64,000 bases of DNA from NCBI GenBank assembly GCA_028534125.1, contig CM052817.1:16246001-16310000 (forward strand). The letters are read 5' to 3'. Source of the stretch: Lama glama. Its lineage: Eukaryota. The notes under the pieces were generated by a model that was not told the DNA's origin, did not search any database, and was given only the letters and a program-made list of their open reading frames with translations. Below are positions 26,346 to 39,073 of this stretch, in pieces (within the stretch, counting starts at the first letter, position 1; each line of letters begins with the position of its first letter). A program made the position numbers and the translations under genes.

Positions 26346-26599
26346 CGACTTTTTGTTAACTCCCTTAATCATGACAGGCTTTAATGACACAAATTCTTAT
26401 GCTACATGTAAATACCCTCAGTGCCATTTCTGCCCAATGCTCTTAGTTTTGCCTTCCAGAATGCAATACTAGTCTCATCTTTTTCCCCTTGATAAAACTA
26501 TAAATATTCAAAGATGGTGATCCTGTTTCTTCTCACGTGGTCTCCCTACTCTAACAATGCCTTGACTTCAAAACCATTCAGCGTAACATCCAGGATCTA

Positions 26600-26790
26600 T
26601 GGAAACTCACCATCCCTGTTGCCAGTTTCTCAGAGCTGAGTTCCCTCAGGTGTGGCTGGACCACTGCACAGCACAATGTGAAGATGACTTCCCATGCCCC
26701 GATGCAGGACTTGGACTAGTGATGCCTGAGGGTGGCTTGGCCTTTTTCAGCAGCTGATCCCATGGAGAAGCTCAGCAAAGAAGACATGCT
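26600..26790 (-). mobile_element. L3/CR1 fragment
   Basis: Minus strand gctgctgaaaaaggccaa...gggaagtcat...gcagtggtccagccacacctg resembles the L3 RT 3' region. Confidence 0.5.
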
Positions 26791-26979
26791 CTCGTCCTGT
26801 TCCACCCCCACTGTCACACACACATCCTTTTTCCATTCCTAGCAGACAGCATGGAAGAGCAGGGGCCATGACAAACACGTTGGGCTGGCTACAAACAAAC
26901 CAAGACCCTCGTTTCTGTTGGTTATGATTTTTCCACTGATGTTGTCTGTTTCTTTATGGTTTAAAAACAGAGAAATTTC

Positions 26980-27560
26980 CCTGTTCATTTGTTTGCAAAC
27001 ATTTATGTAGAGCCAGCCTCTCTATGTCAGCACCCATGCCAGGAGCCAGGAATAGAACAATGGTTGCTGCTCTCCACGAGCTCAGACCTTGTAAGAAGAC
27101 AGGCACAACCAAATTATCTTCATCCAGATCCTTCTCCCCATCTCCTGACCACTAAAGCATTTTTAGAGCTTTTTAGGAGCAATCCTTACACCTCATCTCT
27201 TCAGAACATACACTCTTCTCCAGAGATCTGGTCCTGTAGCATAAACTACCATCTCCAAGCAGATGCCACCCCTCCTGGGTACCTCCAGCCCAGACTCTGC
27301 CCCAGCTTCTCACCCTGTGTCCAGCTGCCCGCACACCTTCTCACCTTAGGTGAGGAGAATGGAAATTGCAGGCGGATGAGAGTGGGTAATGAGGCAGGGA
27401 CTTGCATGAGGTGTGGTCAAGACACAAGTGAACGTGGCAGCTGGGGGTGTTGGGGAAGGAGAGGGTAGCAAAAGACAGATGAGAGATATAGCAGGGGCCA
27501 GAGCTCAAAAGGCCTTCTAGGGACGAGGAAAGACAATCTGATCTAAATGACAAATGGGAA
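26980..27560 (-). mobile_element. L2 fragments
   Basis: ttcatttgtttgcaaacatttat...atgtcagcacccatgccagg; resumes near 27350-27560. Confidence 0.55.
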
Positions 27561-27742
27561 AACAGCATATATGAAATACATCAGAGATTCAGAGAACCTA
27601 AAACTCCCCAGCTTACCTCTGAGAGTTGATCTGCTAAGTTCCCACAGCAATACAGTCAGTAAGGCTGGAAATGGAGGCTCTTTTCTTTCACAGCCACTAT
27701 CAGCAAGAATCTCATGAGCTTTCCCCAGAGGAGATGAATTCA

Positions 27743-27800
27743 TTCTCTCTGTCTGTCTGTGTCTGTCTGTCTCTCTCTTGTCTCTCTCTCTCTCTGTGTC
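27743..27800. repeat. (TC)/(TCTG) low-complexity repeat
   Basis: tctctctgtctgtctgtgtctgtctgtctctctc... Confidence 0.8.
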
Positions 27801-27989
27801 CTCTTCTGTAGATGGCTTGTGTGTGTAACACCCTGAGTTTGATCATTTACTATTGGAATGACTCTATTTTAACTTTCAGGCTTAAAGCTTCCAAGAGAAA
27901 AAATCTAGTATTATTTTCAAATGCAAGATACACAGCTAGAGAAATGGATAGTGAGGACACTAACACAAAAAGAACACAGCAGCATTCCT

Positions 27990-28240
27990 AGCCCACGTGA
28001 CAACGCCCGCCTTCTGTTGTTCAACAGGCCAAGGCTGCACCATCCGCGAAAGGAACTGTGCTCTGACAGGTACGAGATCAGGAAGGCAGCAGAGGGAAGG
28101 GGGCGGGCTCCCGGCAAGAACATAAAGCCCGATCCTCCCCTTGGACCAGACAGTGTCCTCAAACACAAACGCGTTGTCCAGAAGAATTTTCCACACGGGG
28201 AATAAAAACACAACAATAAACGGGACGTCAGCCCGATCCT
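27990..28240. promoter_or_regulatory. CpG-rich patch, possibly within an unassigned LTR (~27900-28470)
   Basis: About 15 CpGs in 250 bp; CACGTG, GGGGCGGG and GACGTCA motifs; AATAAA signals near the right end. Confidence 0.35.
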
Positions 28241-30612
28241 GACATTCTCAGGGAGTTTTTCTGTCATAATAAAACTTGCAGACTGACAAGACCAAGGCCC
28301 CTGCAAAACTCGCATTCCTTCAGTGTTGCAATGTATACAGACTATTCTTCACATTCTGGACCCCGGGGGTGTGTCCTGAAGAAACTCCAGGTGTGAGTCC
28401 CCACTCCCAGGGGCCTACCCTTTGAGAAGCTCCCCCACTTCAGATACTGCATGTGACCATCTTACTTTTTAAAAAAAACATATCTCCCACCGTCTCGTCT
28501 TGCTGCTCCGGACTCCGGCATCGACTGCCGCTCAAGCACAATTCCTGAGACCTAGCAGACAATTGATAAGAAGTTTGTTGAACCCATGAATGAATGATTC
28601 ATTCATGATCAAATGATCACAGATATGCTTTTCCTGGGATTCCAGAAAAAGTAAATTCACTCAGAGGTTTTTTGCTTTTTTTTTAAAGTAGGGTGCAGAG
28701 GAAGATAAAATGATTAGGTTTATCTTCCCCTCCACAAAATAGATTCCACCGCCAAGAAGTAGCCTATGACTAGCTGCTTTGCCTTAAAGTAAATAGAAGT
28801 GTTTCTTGGCCCCATTCTCCTCCCTTCCAGAAAAGGAATGAGATCCTTGCATCTAACTTTCCAAGAAACGTCTAGAGGCTGTCTGCAAGTCTCTTCATCC
28901 AAACGGTTACACTCATGTCCATTAGCTGACATAGTCAGGCACAGTCTGTTCCCAAGGATCCTGGTTAAGCTCTACCACTAGCTTCCACACTTGGGTTTCA
29001 ACAGAAGGATGCTAAACATACCTTCCTTTACAAGACAAAGAGAGGCACTGGAGACCACATACAGAGGCCCCTTTGAAATATCACCTGCAAAAAAAAAAAA
29101 AAAAAATCAAGATGTCCTAAAGCTCACTGAACAAGGATCATTATAAGGACCTGATTCCAAAGGGCCCCAATAATCATTAGGAAATTCCATTCAGACAACT
29201 GCCAAGCACAGATCCTGAGGCATTTCCTCTACCGGGTGTCATTCTCTGCGACTCTCACTTCGAGCTTTTCTCAGACACTGGATTCTTTTCAGGAAATGTG
29301 CCCAGAGACAATTCCTTCGCATATTTCCCCGTGACAATGTGACCTTCGGTGAAGAGTGTGAAAGTCAACCTCATTCACATACTCGGAGCATTTCTAAACC
29401 TTGTGTACGTTCCAATTTTATAACACATCTTGCCAAAGAAAAATTGGGTTGACTTATGTTGGCCCCAATCTTTTATTCAGAGGCTGGGCTCCCTTGTATG
29501 TTGAGACCTAACATTCATGTTGGCTCAATATAAACATTTGGTGCCAGCTTGAAGTAATTGTATCACTAATTACTATTGAATTATAGTGGAAATCATATAG
29601 AAGTACTTACAACATTCAGACTAAAACAAGAATGAGTCCATGCGATTAATGTTATTAACATGGCATTCAGTTCAGTAATATACCATAATGATCAGGCTAT
29701 TATATTAAAGTGTTACTAAATATTCACTTAGCTCCAAAAAAAAAACACAGTGGGTGTGAGGTTTCTTTGTCAGATTTGGAAATTAAACAGCGTTCTTTGT
29801 CAGATTTGAGCCTGGTATGAAGCCCCAACAAAGTCTGCCTACTAAAGGAATGTTTACAAAGACAGAAAATACCCACAGAAGGAACCAGTTTATCATAAAC
29901 AATACAAATATTTACTTGATTATTTAATGGGTGCCCAGCATGTCTGTCCTTAATGTAGCATTAGCTGACATCAGGAACACACCATATGCGCAAATAATTA
30001 ATTCAAATTAGGCTTTTCTTCCAGTGAGTTCTCTCTAAAGGAGGGGAATTAATGTGGAAGCATATTCGGGAGCAGGGAGTTAGAGGCACTCTCTCCATGT
30101 CTGCCTTTATGGGTACCTAGTTTTTAATACTTCATCCTCATTGTCATTCTGCTGCCAAGAGCTGGTGGCATTTGAAATGCTCCTACAGTGCTCCTTATGT
30201 AATCAGTAGGATGACTAACACAGCGATTAAAAACCTGACTTGGCTAAAGATTTTCTTAGGAGATTAAGCTTTAGATGCCCAAGATCCCCAGAATAAGTCC
30301 ACCTCTTTTAACAACCACCACAACTGCAAAATAATCGGCTCGCAAATATCAACAGCGGATGATCCATCACTCCTAGCTTTCGGGAGTGGAGAGAGAAAGC
30401 AGGCCATTCAGATGAATATCAAGTATTTCCAGTTAAGGTGCTGGAGGCTTATTTATAATAAAGACACCCAGACTCGATGAAGGGGTTTCCTGTGGGCAAT
30501 CACACCGTCCCTTTTCCCTCTGAATTAATACATGGCAAACACTGATTTGCATGACATTTCAGCAAAAGGGATGTTCAGGCACAAAGTGCTACATTAAAAG
30601 TGGCAAGTATTT

Positions 30613-30801
30613 GGGGCAGGGTATAGGTTAGTGGTATAGTGTGTGTTTAGCATGCATTAAGGTCCTGGTTCGATCCCCAGCACCTCCAATAAATTAAAAA
30701 TAAATAAATAAATATACCTAATTACCTCCCCCCACAAAAATAAAATTAAATTGCAGCCAAAAAAAAGATAATATCACACATTAAAAAATTTTTTGAAAAA
30801 A
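30613..30801 (+). mobile_element. Camelid tRNA-Ala-derived SINE (vic-1 type, long tail)
   Basis: Diverged tRNA-Ala head, cctaattacctcccccc tail motif, decayed TSD aaaagtggcaagtattt / aaaaggtggtaagcactt. Confidence 0.88.
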
Positions 30802-31159
30802 AAAAGGTGGTAAGCACTTAAACCATAAACTCTTGTGATGTTGCTTCCAGGGAGGTTAGGTTGCCTCAATGATGCCGCCACCCTGCCCCCGCCCTCCAAC
30901 TCTGCAAAGGGCGAAGATCTCTGGCTTCTCCCTGTCTCTGATGGCATCGTGTTCTTACATCTTTTTTCTCTAATTGTTCAGGTAAGTAATACTTGAGCCT
31001 TTCATCTTTCTAAGAATAATAAGCAAAGAAGACAGAAAAAAAAAATCAAAGAATTCCCAACTTCCCTCTAATGAGGAAACCGATCTTTCCTGAGAGCAAA
31101 GCACCCCGGGCCTATTATGTAGTTCTATATCTTGTATATGTGTGTGTGTGCACATACCT

Positions 31160-31510
31160 ATACACGTGCATGTGTTACAGAGCTGCTGTGAGCATTGAAT
31201 TAGACAATACACACGGAATGATCAGCACAATATCCGATACCTAATAAGCTCTCAATAAATGTTAGCTCCAACTACAATCCTTGGATTGAATCTGGAGCAT
31301 TGAGCACAATGCTTGCTACACTGGCAGACCTGAATAACAGCAGATGAATGAATGATTACTAATCCTCATGACCTGCCTCTACGTAGCAGAAGACTAAGGC
31401 TCATGGAAGTTATGTTGCCTGCACAGGGGTCACACCTCCGATAAATGCTACATCTAGGATTTGAATCAGATCTGTTTGAGTCTGAAATCCTGGCCCTTTT
31501 TACTCCACCC
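31160..31510. mobile_element. MIR/L2 fragment cluster (MIR+ tail, L2 tail, MIR-)
   Basis: gctctcaataaatgttagct; gatgaatgaatga; actaaggctc...ggtcacac...ggatttgaatcagatctg. Confidence 0.6.
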
Positions 31511-34500
31511 TGCTGATTCTCAAATACCTTCAATAACAAACTAAGGCAGAGATGGCATTGAATAATTGAAAAGTTCATTGATCTATTTCAGATTTCAATG
31601 GGACTTCTGAACAAAATAAGGCCTCCCACCACAATAAAGAAAAAAGATATTCCAAATTATTTTTAAATGGCTTCACAGGGTTTCTCAATATTCTACAGAT
31701 GACTGTGAAAAATTTAACATTCAAAATCATAAACTTAGTCCCTGCCCAGTGACATTTTCTTCTTTTCCAATGAATTTGTATTTAAGAGGAAAATTCTGAA
31801 ATTGAAACAATGGTGATGATTGAGTAATTCATGGCTCAGTGCTATATTAGCAATTAATTAAATCTCCCCAGCAATACAGAGAAACCAGTCATCTGCCCTA
31901 TTTTTTTTTTCATTTCACTTCCTGTATCTTGTACATTCCCCAAAGCAATTCTTTGCAGTGTTTTTACCTTCCATGCACAAATCTGATAATCCTTCTTGTT
32001 CTTAATCATCGTGGGGACACAGCATTGTTATTATATTATTAAATGTACATCAGATAAATTTCAGTTGGGCTGCATTCTCCAAGATGCTTTTTGTTCCCAA
32101 TCACTTATTTTCTATTTCTCATAAGTAAACATTGAGGTCTTTATTAGCAATAGGTTTCTTTCTTAATTTTTTTAACCTATGCTTTGACATTTTTTTAATA
32201 GTTTCGTAGCTAATCACAGGATTTAGTCAGTCTCCTGTGCACATTCACGAGTCTGTAATCTTAACAAGCTATACGCTGATGATTGACAGATAATACTTGA
32301 CAGGCTCAAAATTAGAGAATATACAATGAAAAATTCAGAACAGCCAGATCACTTAGTATGCTACCCTCTTCCAATCTGGCTCCTCTCATAATCATCAACT
32401 TGGGAGGGAGAGAAGGAGGAGCTGAACAGTTCTGCACTCTCTCATCCACCCAAGAATGAAAACCACTGGGCTTGAACCCGTCTGGAAGAGTCATCGGTCA
32501 GAAATTACCAAACCAAGAGTTGAAATTCACACCACCAAAACAGTAAGTCGAATATATGATTCTCTGGCATTTAAACCAAAACATCAGCCTCTCCTTCCTC
32601 AAGCCAGCTAAAACATTGTTTTCACATATTTTATTCAGTTTCATTCATTGAGGGAAGTTACCGTTTATGTAGCATTACTCTTTAAATCTTTAATAAGAAA
32701 AGAAATCATGTCATATTTATTGAAATGATTAGGCCAATTTTTTATTGACTCTCTACCAATTTATGTGAGAGCGATATTTACCTGAACCTTCCTATTCCAG
32801 GAAGGATTAATTGATGACTTGCTACTATAACATTTGACTCAACTACTACTGATCTAGCTAAGAAAAGGAGTTTTTGTTTTGTTTTGTTTTGTTTTACTGC
32901 CCTTAACTTCTACTTTAAGCCTCCTCACACCACGACCAACAGCAAATATTTTTGCCTCCTGCTTTCAGGAGAATCGAGTGACACAAAGCTCATACCAATG
33001 AAACCAGCAGCGTTAAATGTCTGGGGGGCTGCCAGAGGCCACGCCTGCCCAGGCAGACACTACTCGAAAGACTCGACCCTGGTTCCAAGGCGGTCTCCCC
33101 TGCCCTCCCCAAGATCTTAATTCTACGCTATTTCCAGTCAGCGCCCCATTGTGAGGAGCTGGGAGCCAGCAAAATCTAAGTTGGGCAGGCCCTTCCTAGA
33201 GGTCATTCACAGAAGAATTCCACTGATACCAGCCACGGGTAGGACTTTCTGTCCTCTGAAATAAAAATAAGTATTTTCCTCCCTTTTCTGTTACCTTCCA
33301 ACTCTAATCATGCTCAGCAGACGACAGCTATGCTGGGATTCCCGCCAGGAACATCTTGGGAGGGGAGGAGTAAGTGCTCGAGGGATGGCTATTTGACGTA
33401 CACACTTGTGGGCGTCAAGCAGGGTTGTAGACCTGTTAGACCCCTGCTCTCTTCCGGTGTGGACATTCAAAATAGGTCATAATGGATAAAATTGTTGAAA
33501 TGTGGCTTTAGTCCTTTTAGAAAGCTATTGCTGTCAAGAGAAGCATTTGGGTTAATGGTCGGTAATGACTGGTAGGAGCCCAGGGGTTAGTAACCACTCC
33601 TGCGGAAGGAAAAGTGGGCGCCTGAGGAGGAAGTGGGGGGTGATCCTGAGGAAAATCGCAAGGGACGATGATAACCCCAAATTTCCTCCATCAGAGACAC
33701 ATACACTGAATAGCCACAATTGGCCCAACTCAGTCATGAGAATCAAATTGTTTAATTTAGAATCAAGTTTGAAAGAGAAGACACAGACAGCAAAGTGCTG
33801 CTCCCCAACAGCCCTCTTGACTTAAAAGGCACTTATTTAAAAGCTTCATTCAGTATAGTAGGTTCACAGGCTAGAAAATTCCAAATGAATCGGGCTTCAC
33901 AATGAGCAAATACGTCAGGAATCCGGTCAGCTAAACCACCTCAACCGCAAACTCCAGGGGCTTGAATTATGAAAGCAGACAGTAATTCCAGATTAAGTAA
34001 GTAATTTAGAGAAAACACTAGGAAGATATCGAGTCATCTTTAAATGCCTAAAAAAAGTCTTTTCCTCTCTTGCTTTCTTTGAAATAGCTTTTTATCTTCT
34101 ATAAACATTCTTATTGAGTAGATACGTATTAATATCTACACTGCTTTTGTTGTTTCTCTGTGGCTATAGGAAAAAGAAAAAAAAAAGCAACAATCTGGCC
34201 ATTTTCAGGCTCTTTTCATGCTTGAAGAGGTAGGGGGTGCTTTGGCCAGCCCCCAGCATGACCAGAAATTCTAAAACACTAATAAACAGGCACAATCAGG
34301 GCAATCAGATTCCTCCAGGGGCGTGGCAAGGAATTTTAAGCTTTTCTTCAAGGGACACAAAATACCTTCCCCCTTTGGTACTTTTCCACACTTACCTATG
34401 GTTTCTACATGGAGAACAGAGAAAGGAAAAGACCTCAAAATTATATAAGTAAGGTTTTCTAAAAATACCTCCCCACAACTTGCCCAAATGACTGAGATAT

Positions 34501-36675
34501 TTCTAATTCACTTACAAGTCACAGAAACCTAAACACTTTGCTATATGTTAAGATGTCAGACGTGACTCGTCTTAACCAGCTGGGTCAAATGTGAGAAGGA
34601 AACTGCAGTAAGAAGGAGTGAGTTCCAAACACCATGCGTATCCAAGCTGGACGACTCCAACTCAGACTCAGCAATCTGTTAAAGGGACAATTTTGAAGTT
34701 TGGTACAATTTTAGGGTAGCAATCCCGAAATATAGCTATAGATGGGACAGACAGCCACAGAAGGTTAACAGATACTTTCAATAAGCGATAAAGATATTTC
34801 GTAGTCATGGTAACCCACATGCAAATTTAGAACATTTATTTTAAAAGTTGTCTCTCCCCTTTCTCCCAATATTGCTTCTAGTTCTCTTTTTTCTATATTC
34901 TTATCTAAAGCTGGGTAACTAAGATGCCAACTATAATGGAATCAAATTTTTGAGTTTCTCTCTTCGAGATAGAACTTAGTCATCTTAAGGCAGATCCTCT
35001 GAACGAGGGCTTTTAAAATATCCATATACAACTCTATGCATTTGTATCATATAATTTAACGCCACAAGAAATTTGCAAAAAACCTTTAAGTGTCCTATTC
35101 CACACAGGCTGTGCAATAAACTGATTCATATTATAATTAATTTCTTAAGCATTAAGCTGAAGGGAGGCCATTGAAACTTCACATGTATGAAAGGCAGAAC
35201 TTCCCCTGAAACAAAAATTAGAAGGAAACATATCCACCAGGAGATGCACAAGAAACAGAGAGGAACAGTCAGGAGATGGCAATGTTAACTCAGTTTCTTT
35301 CAAACTGTTTCATTCTTTCCTTTGAAATGAGAAGATTCAAACTCTCTGACAACGGACCAGAGACAAGCCTTTATCCCCGGTCCTCACTCTGCATACCTTC
35401 AGTCCCCCACTAGCGCCCCAGCTGGCTCTGACAAGCACCATTTCAGAAGAGGACTGCAGCCAGGGCAAGCTTATTACCTCTTCCCGAGGCCACTGAATTT
35501 GAAGATATATAATAATTTGATATCAGCATTGATGGAGAAGAAAGTCCGAAAGGGCAAGGTGAGAGCACAGATAATCGTTACTTCCTTCTTTTTGCGTATT
35601 TCTGTTCTGTAAATGTTTTCACTGGCCACGCACGTCACTTTGACACTCAGACAAAAAGCCATCAAGTTTATTTTTAAAAAACAGAACTGAAATCAAAGAG
35701 CTTTCCACCTCCTGTTCAAACTCTGAGATCAGGGATCCAGGAAACAGTTTCCCTCTAACAGTTTATTTTCTCTGATGCGGGCAAGTGGTAAGGGGAATTT
35801 TCTCAGTGACGTGAAAGTTACAAAGAAGTTAACCTGAATTAGCGTAACACCAGTACCTTACATCCTGAACCCACTTTCCAATCCCCATCTCACTGTCAGT
35901 ATTATCATCCTAGGAAGGACATAAGGGAAGTGGTATAATCCCCAAGTCATCTATGAGGAAACTGAAGGTCACAGAAAACAGCAAAAATTGCTCAGGGTCA
36001 TACAGAGAAAGAAAGAAAAAACATCCAACTCATTCACTTTTTTAAAACACCATAACTGGTAGCACGCCATGCTTTTTTAACACCCTGCAAAGCTGAAGCT
36101 ATAAATGCAGCAAGAAGAATTTTGGCATATTTGCTGTTGCATAATTATTCAAGAAGGTACAAGTGCCCCGTCAACACATTCGATTCAGTCACAATGAAGA
36201 CAGGCAGCTAAGAATTTCATCTTTCGTGCCTGCCCACCCACCGAATTATCAGGGGCTTTGGGAGTCAAGACCGGGTCCTGTGGCTCAAGGTACCCACTGT
36301 GCGGGATGGCTCCACCAGCAGAAGAAAGCCACTGTACTTAGTAGGGCCAGTGCCACATTAAATAACATGCTAGTTCCCTTTCCATCCCCTTTTCAATCAC
36401 TGTGATCCCATTAAAGAGAAAGTCCTGGCCCAGAGATAATAAACCTTTACCACTTCCCTTCGCCCTCCTAGACTTGTTAATACCTCTTTTTAACAAAAGA
36501 AAAACTGGTTTTAGGCTCATAGCCTTCATCAAGTGTCCAACTAAATATACTAACTTTTTGGTGTTCTTTAACCTTCTATTCATAGCAAGTGATACTGGTT
36601 TTCCATTTAAATGGTAACATAAAATTTCTTCTCAGAATAAATTTCTGGAGGTGAAAAAACAGTGAGATAAATATA

Positions 36676-36767
36676 TTAGGTTAAACCATGTGAAACCACT
36701 GGTCGTATTTTTTCTTATTAAGATCAGAAATGGTCAAAAATTGGCCCTTTCATATGATTTGGCTTAA
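36676..36767. mobile_element. MADE2-like mariner MITE
   Basis: ttaggttaaaccatgtgaaa...tttcatatgatttggcttaa imperfect TIRs around ~90 bp, preceded by TA. Confidence 0.7.
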
Positions 36768-37113
36768 TGGATCCAAGATGGATTGGGTAGTAAATGATAG
36801 TGGTGGTGTACAGATATGACAAAGAAATGGATATACTTATAGAGATATGACAGAGAGAGAGAGATATATTTCGATATGACTTCAAAAATTATAGAAAGCA
36901 AATGACTTCATTTTGAGAAGCCTTGTTACTAGGATCATCGTAGTATTAGGCTGGAATCTCATTCTTCAATAGCAATACCCTTAGCCTATGAAGATGACTC
37001 TTGATCCAGTCATAGGCCTTCTGGTTTCACTTAGACTGGACCTCTCCGTGGCCCAGGGCCAGCCACAGAGGAGAAGCACGTGGCCCCGTTTATTACACAG
37101 AGCAGCCAGAGCA

Positions 37114-37167
37114 GGGATTGAACCCGGGCTGCTAAGCACGCGCCCTGCCACTGAGCCACACCCTCCC
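37114..37167 (-). mobile_element. Tail-less, internally deleted vic-1/tRNA-Ala-like head
   Basis: Minus strand gggagggtgtggctcagtggcagggcgcgtgcttagca-gcccgggttcaatccc. Confidence 0.6.
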
Positions 37168-37361
37168 ACACCCTGGGAGGAGCACGTTTTCATGCACAGC
37201 TCAGGCTTGTTCCACTCTCGCTGAGGCAGCAGCTACACTAAGGACACAGGCTACAGTCTCCTTCCCAGTCTTTTCCTCACCAACTTTGTGACCTTGGCCA
37301 TGTCACAGAACCTGTTGGCTTTGGGTTTACTTAAGTGCCAAGCGAGGGGGTTGGCCTAAAT

Positions 37362-37517
37362 CAGTGGTTCCCAAAGTTGGCTCCAAGTTAGAATCCAATC
37401 ACGTGAAGAGCTTTAGAAACCACCCTGGGAAGAGTTTAATGGGTTAGCGCGGCCGGGGATTTGTACTTGTAAAGCTTCCAGGGTGGTTCTAACACATAGC
37501 CAGTTGGAGGACTGCTG
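37362..37517. mobile_element. MER5-family hAT element
   Basis: cagtggttcccaaagttggct...ttagaatc...aagcttccagggtggttctaa...ggactgctg. Confidence 0.7.
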
Positions 37518-37759
37518 GTGAGCTCATCTCCAAGAGCCTGTCCCAACTCCAACATTCCTGGAGTCTCTGAACCCCGCTTAGGGGCTGGGGCCTTTTTGGG
37601 TTTCCAGGGGTGCTACCCAGCCTTTAACTATAAACACTTTTGCCTTTGCTGTACTGCAGTTCTTAGGTTGATCCAGAGAACTGCCAACACCAAAGGGGTG
37701 AAGTTTATTCCTCCACCCATGGGGACTTTGTACTTCACTTTAAAAAAAAAAAAAAAAAA

Positions 37760-37940
37760 GGCTTTACAGCTCTGCAGACCCAATTTTGAATCCTAGCATA
37801 GTGGCTTTGAGCGAGCTTCTCAATCTCATGAAGCCTCAGCTTCCTCACCTCCAAAACGGGGGCTGTAATACCTCTTTCCTGGACCATTGTGAGTGTATAT
37901 AAAGTACACAGGATGTAAACTCTGAATAAGAGTCAGTTAC
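37760..37940 (+). mobile_element. MIR
   Basis: ttgaatcctagc...aagcctcagcttcctcacctccaaaacggggg. Confidence 0.65.
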
Positions 37941-38749
37941 CCCTCTTTCCTGCCATTTGGAGGTGACAGGGGAGTCTGTGCTCACAGAGGAAAGTGCTGG
38001 ATGATGGCCAGTCTGAATTTCCAGAACCCCAAGAGCAGTCTTTGGCTGAGCAGATCAACACCAGCCAGAGAGACACTTAGAGCTTCAAAGCCCTGCCTCC
38101 CACCATGAGCAGCAGCCTCCTCCCTCCCATCAGCTGCAGAGAAGCAGAAACACAATCCGGCTCTATACCCTGGAAGGGGGAAGCTACAAGTGTGATCTAA
38201 CAGAACTGCAGGCCACAAGATAAGTAGGCCAGTCCTGGACTCCTGCAGCCAAAAGCACAGGAAGAGAGAGGCCAGCGGTCAAAGGAATGTAATGAGGAAA
38301 CAGTGGAGTCTAGTGATGCTGGGGCAAAGAGCTGTCCACAACAGATGGAAGAGGGAAAAGATGAGAAAAATAAAAGAGATTTGCCTTTGCCCTTTTCCAG
38401 GGTTGGCAGGGCCAGGGAATCCATTTCCCAGACCACTGAGAATGCAGGAAGGGAAATGTTCAGCACTGCTGTAAGTAAGATTGCTGTGAAAAATTAGCTC
38501 TGCCCTCCTGTGCGTACACTGGCAGAGGAAAAAGACTGGGGGGAAATGTACTAACATATTAACAGGGTTTTTCTCTAAGTAGTGAAATTGTTGGTCATTT
38601 CTAATCTCTTCGATACACATGTCTGCAGATTGCAAATCTATAATGAATAGGAGTGTCTATTATTTTCAGGGAAACAAAAGGAAGGAGTAAACAAAGCATG
38701 TCATACAAATTTATGATGAGAGAAGAGGGACCAGAAGTAAAGGAGTTGT

Positions 38750-38826
38750 GGGTGAGGTAGAGCTTACTGTACAGCATGTGCTTTGAAAGCATGAGGGTCC
38801 TAGGTTCAGTCACCAGTACCTCCATT
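38750..38826 (+). mobile_element. Diverged camelid tRNA-Ala-derived SINE head
   Basis: gggtgaggtagagctt...gcatgagggtcctaggttcagtcaccagtacctccatt. Confidence 0.75.
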
Positions 38827-38862
<36 letters not shown>

Positions 38863-38869
38863 GAGAGGA

Positions 38870-38921
<52 letters not shown>

Positions 38922-39073
38922 GAGAAAGAGAGAAAGAGAGAAAGAAAGGAAGGAAGGAAGGAAGGAAGGAAGGAAGGAAGGAAGGAAGGAAGGAAGGAAG
39001 GAAAAGGAAGGAAGGAAAAGAAAGAAAGAAGAAGGAAGGAAGGAAGGAAGGAAGGAGGAGAAAGAAAAAGAAA
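38827..39073. repeat. Compound polypurine microsatellite (GA)n-(GAAA)n-(GGAA)n
   Basis: 247 nt containing only A/G, starting directly at the SINE tail position. Confidence 0.95.

Noticed and set aside
27921..28205. 94-aa basic ORF in the CpG patch
   Set aside because: No recognised homology; overlapping ORFs on both strands fit local GC richness
35490..35565. Plus-strand AAG|GTGAGA donor after MEKKVRKGK
   Set aside because: No convincing acceptor or promoter; peptide not recognised
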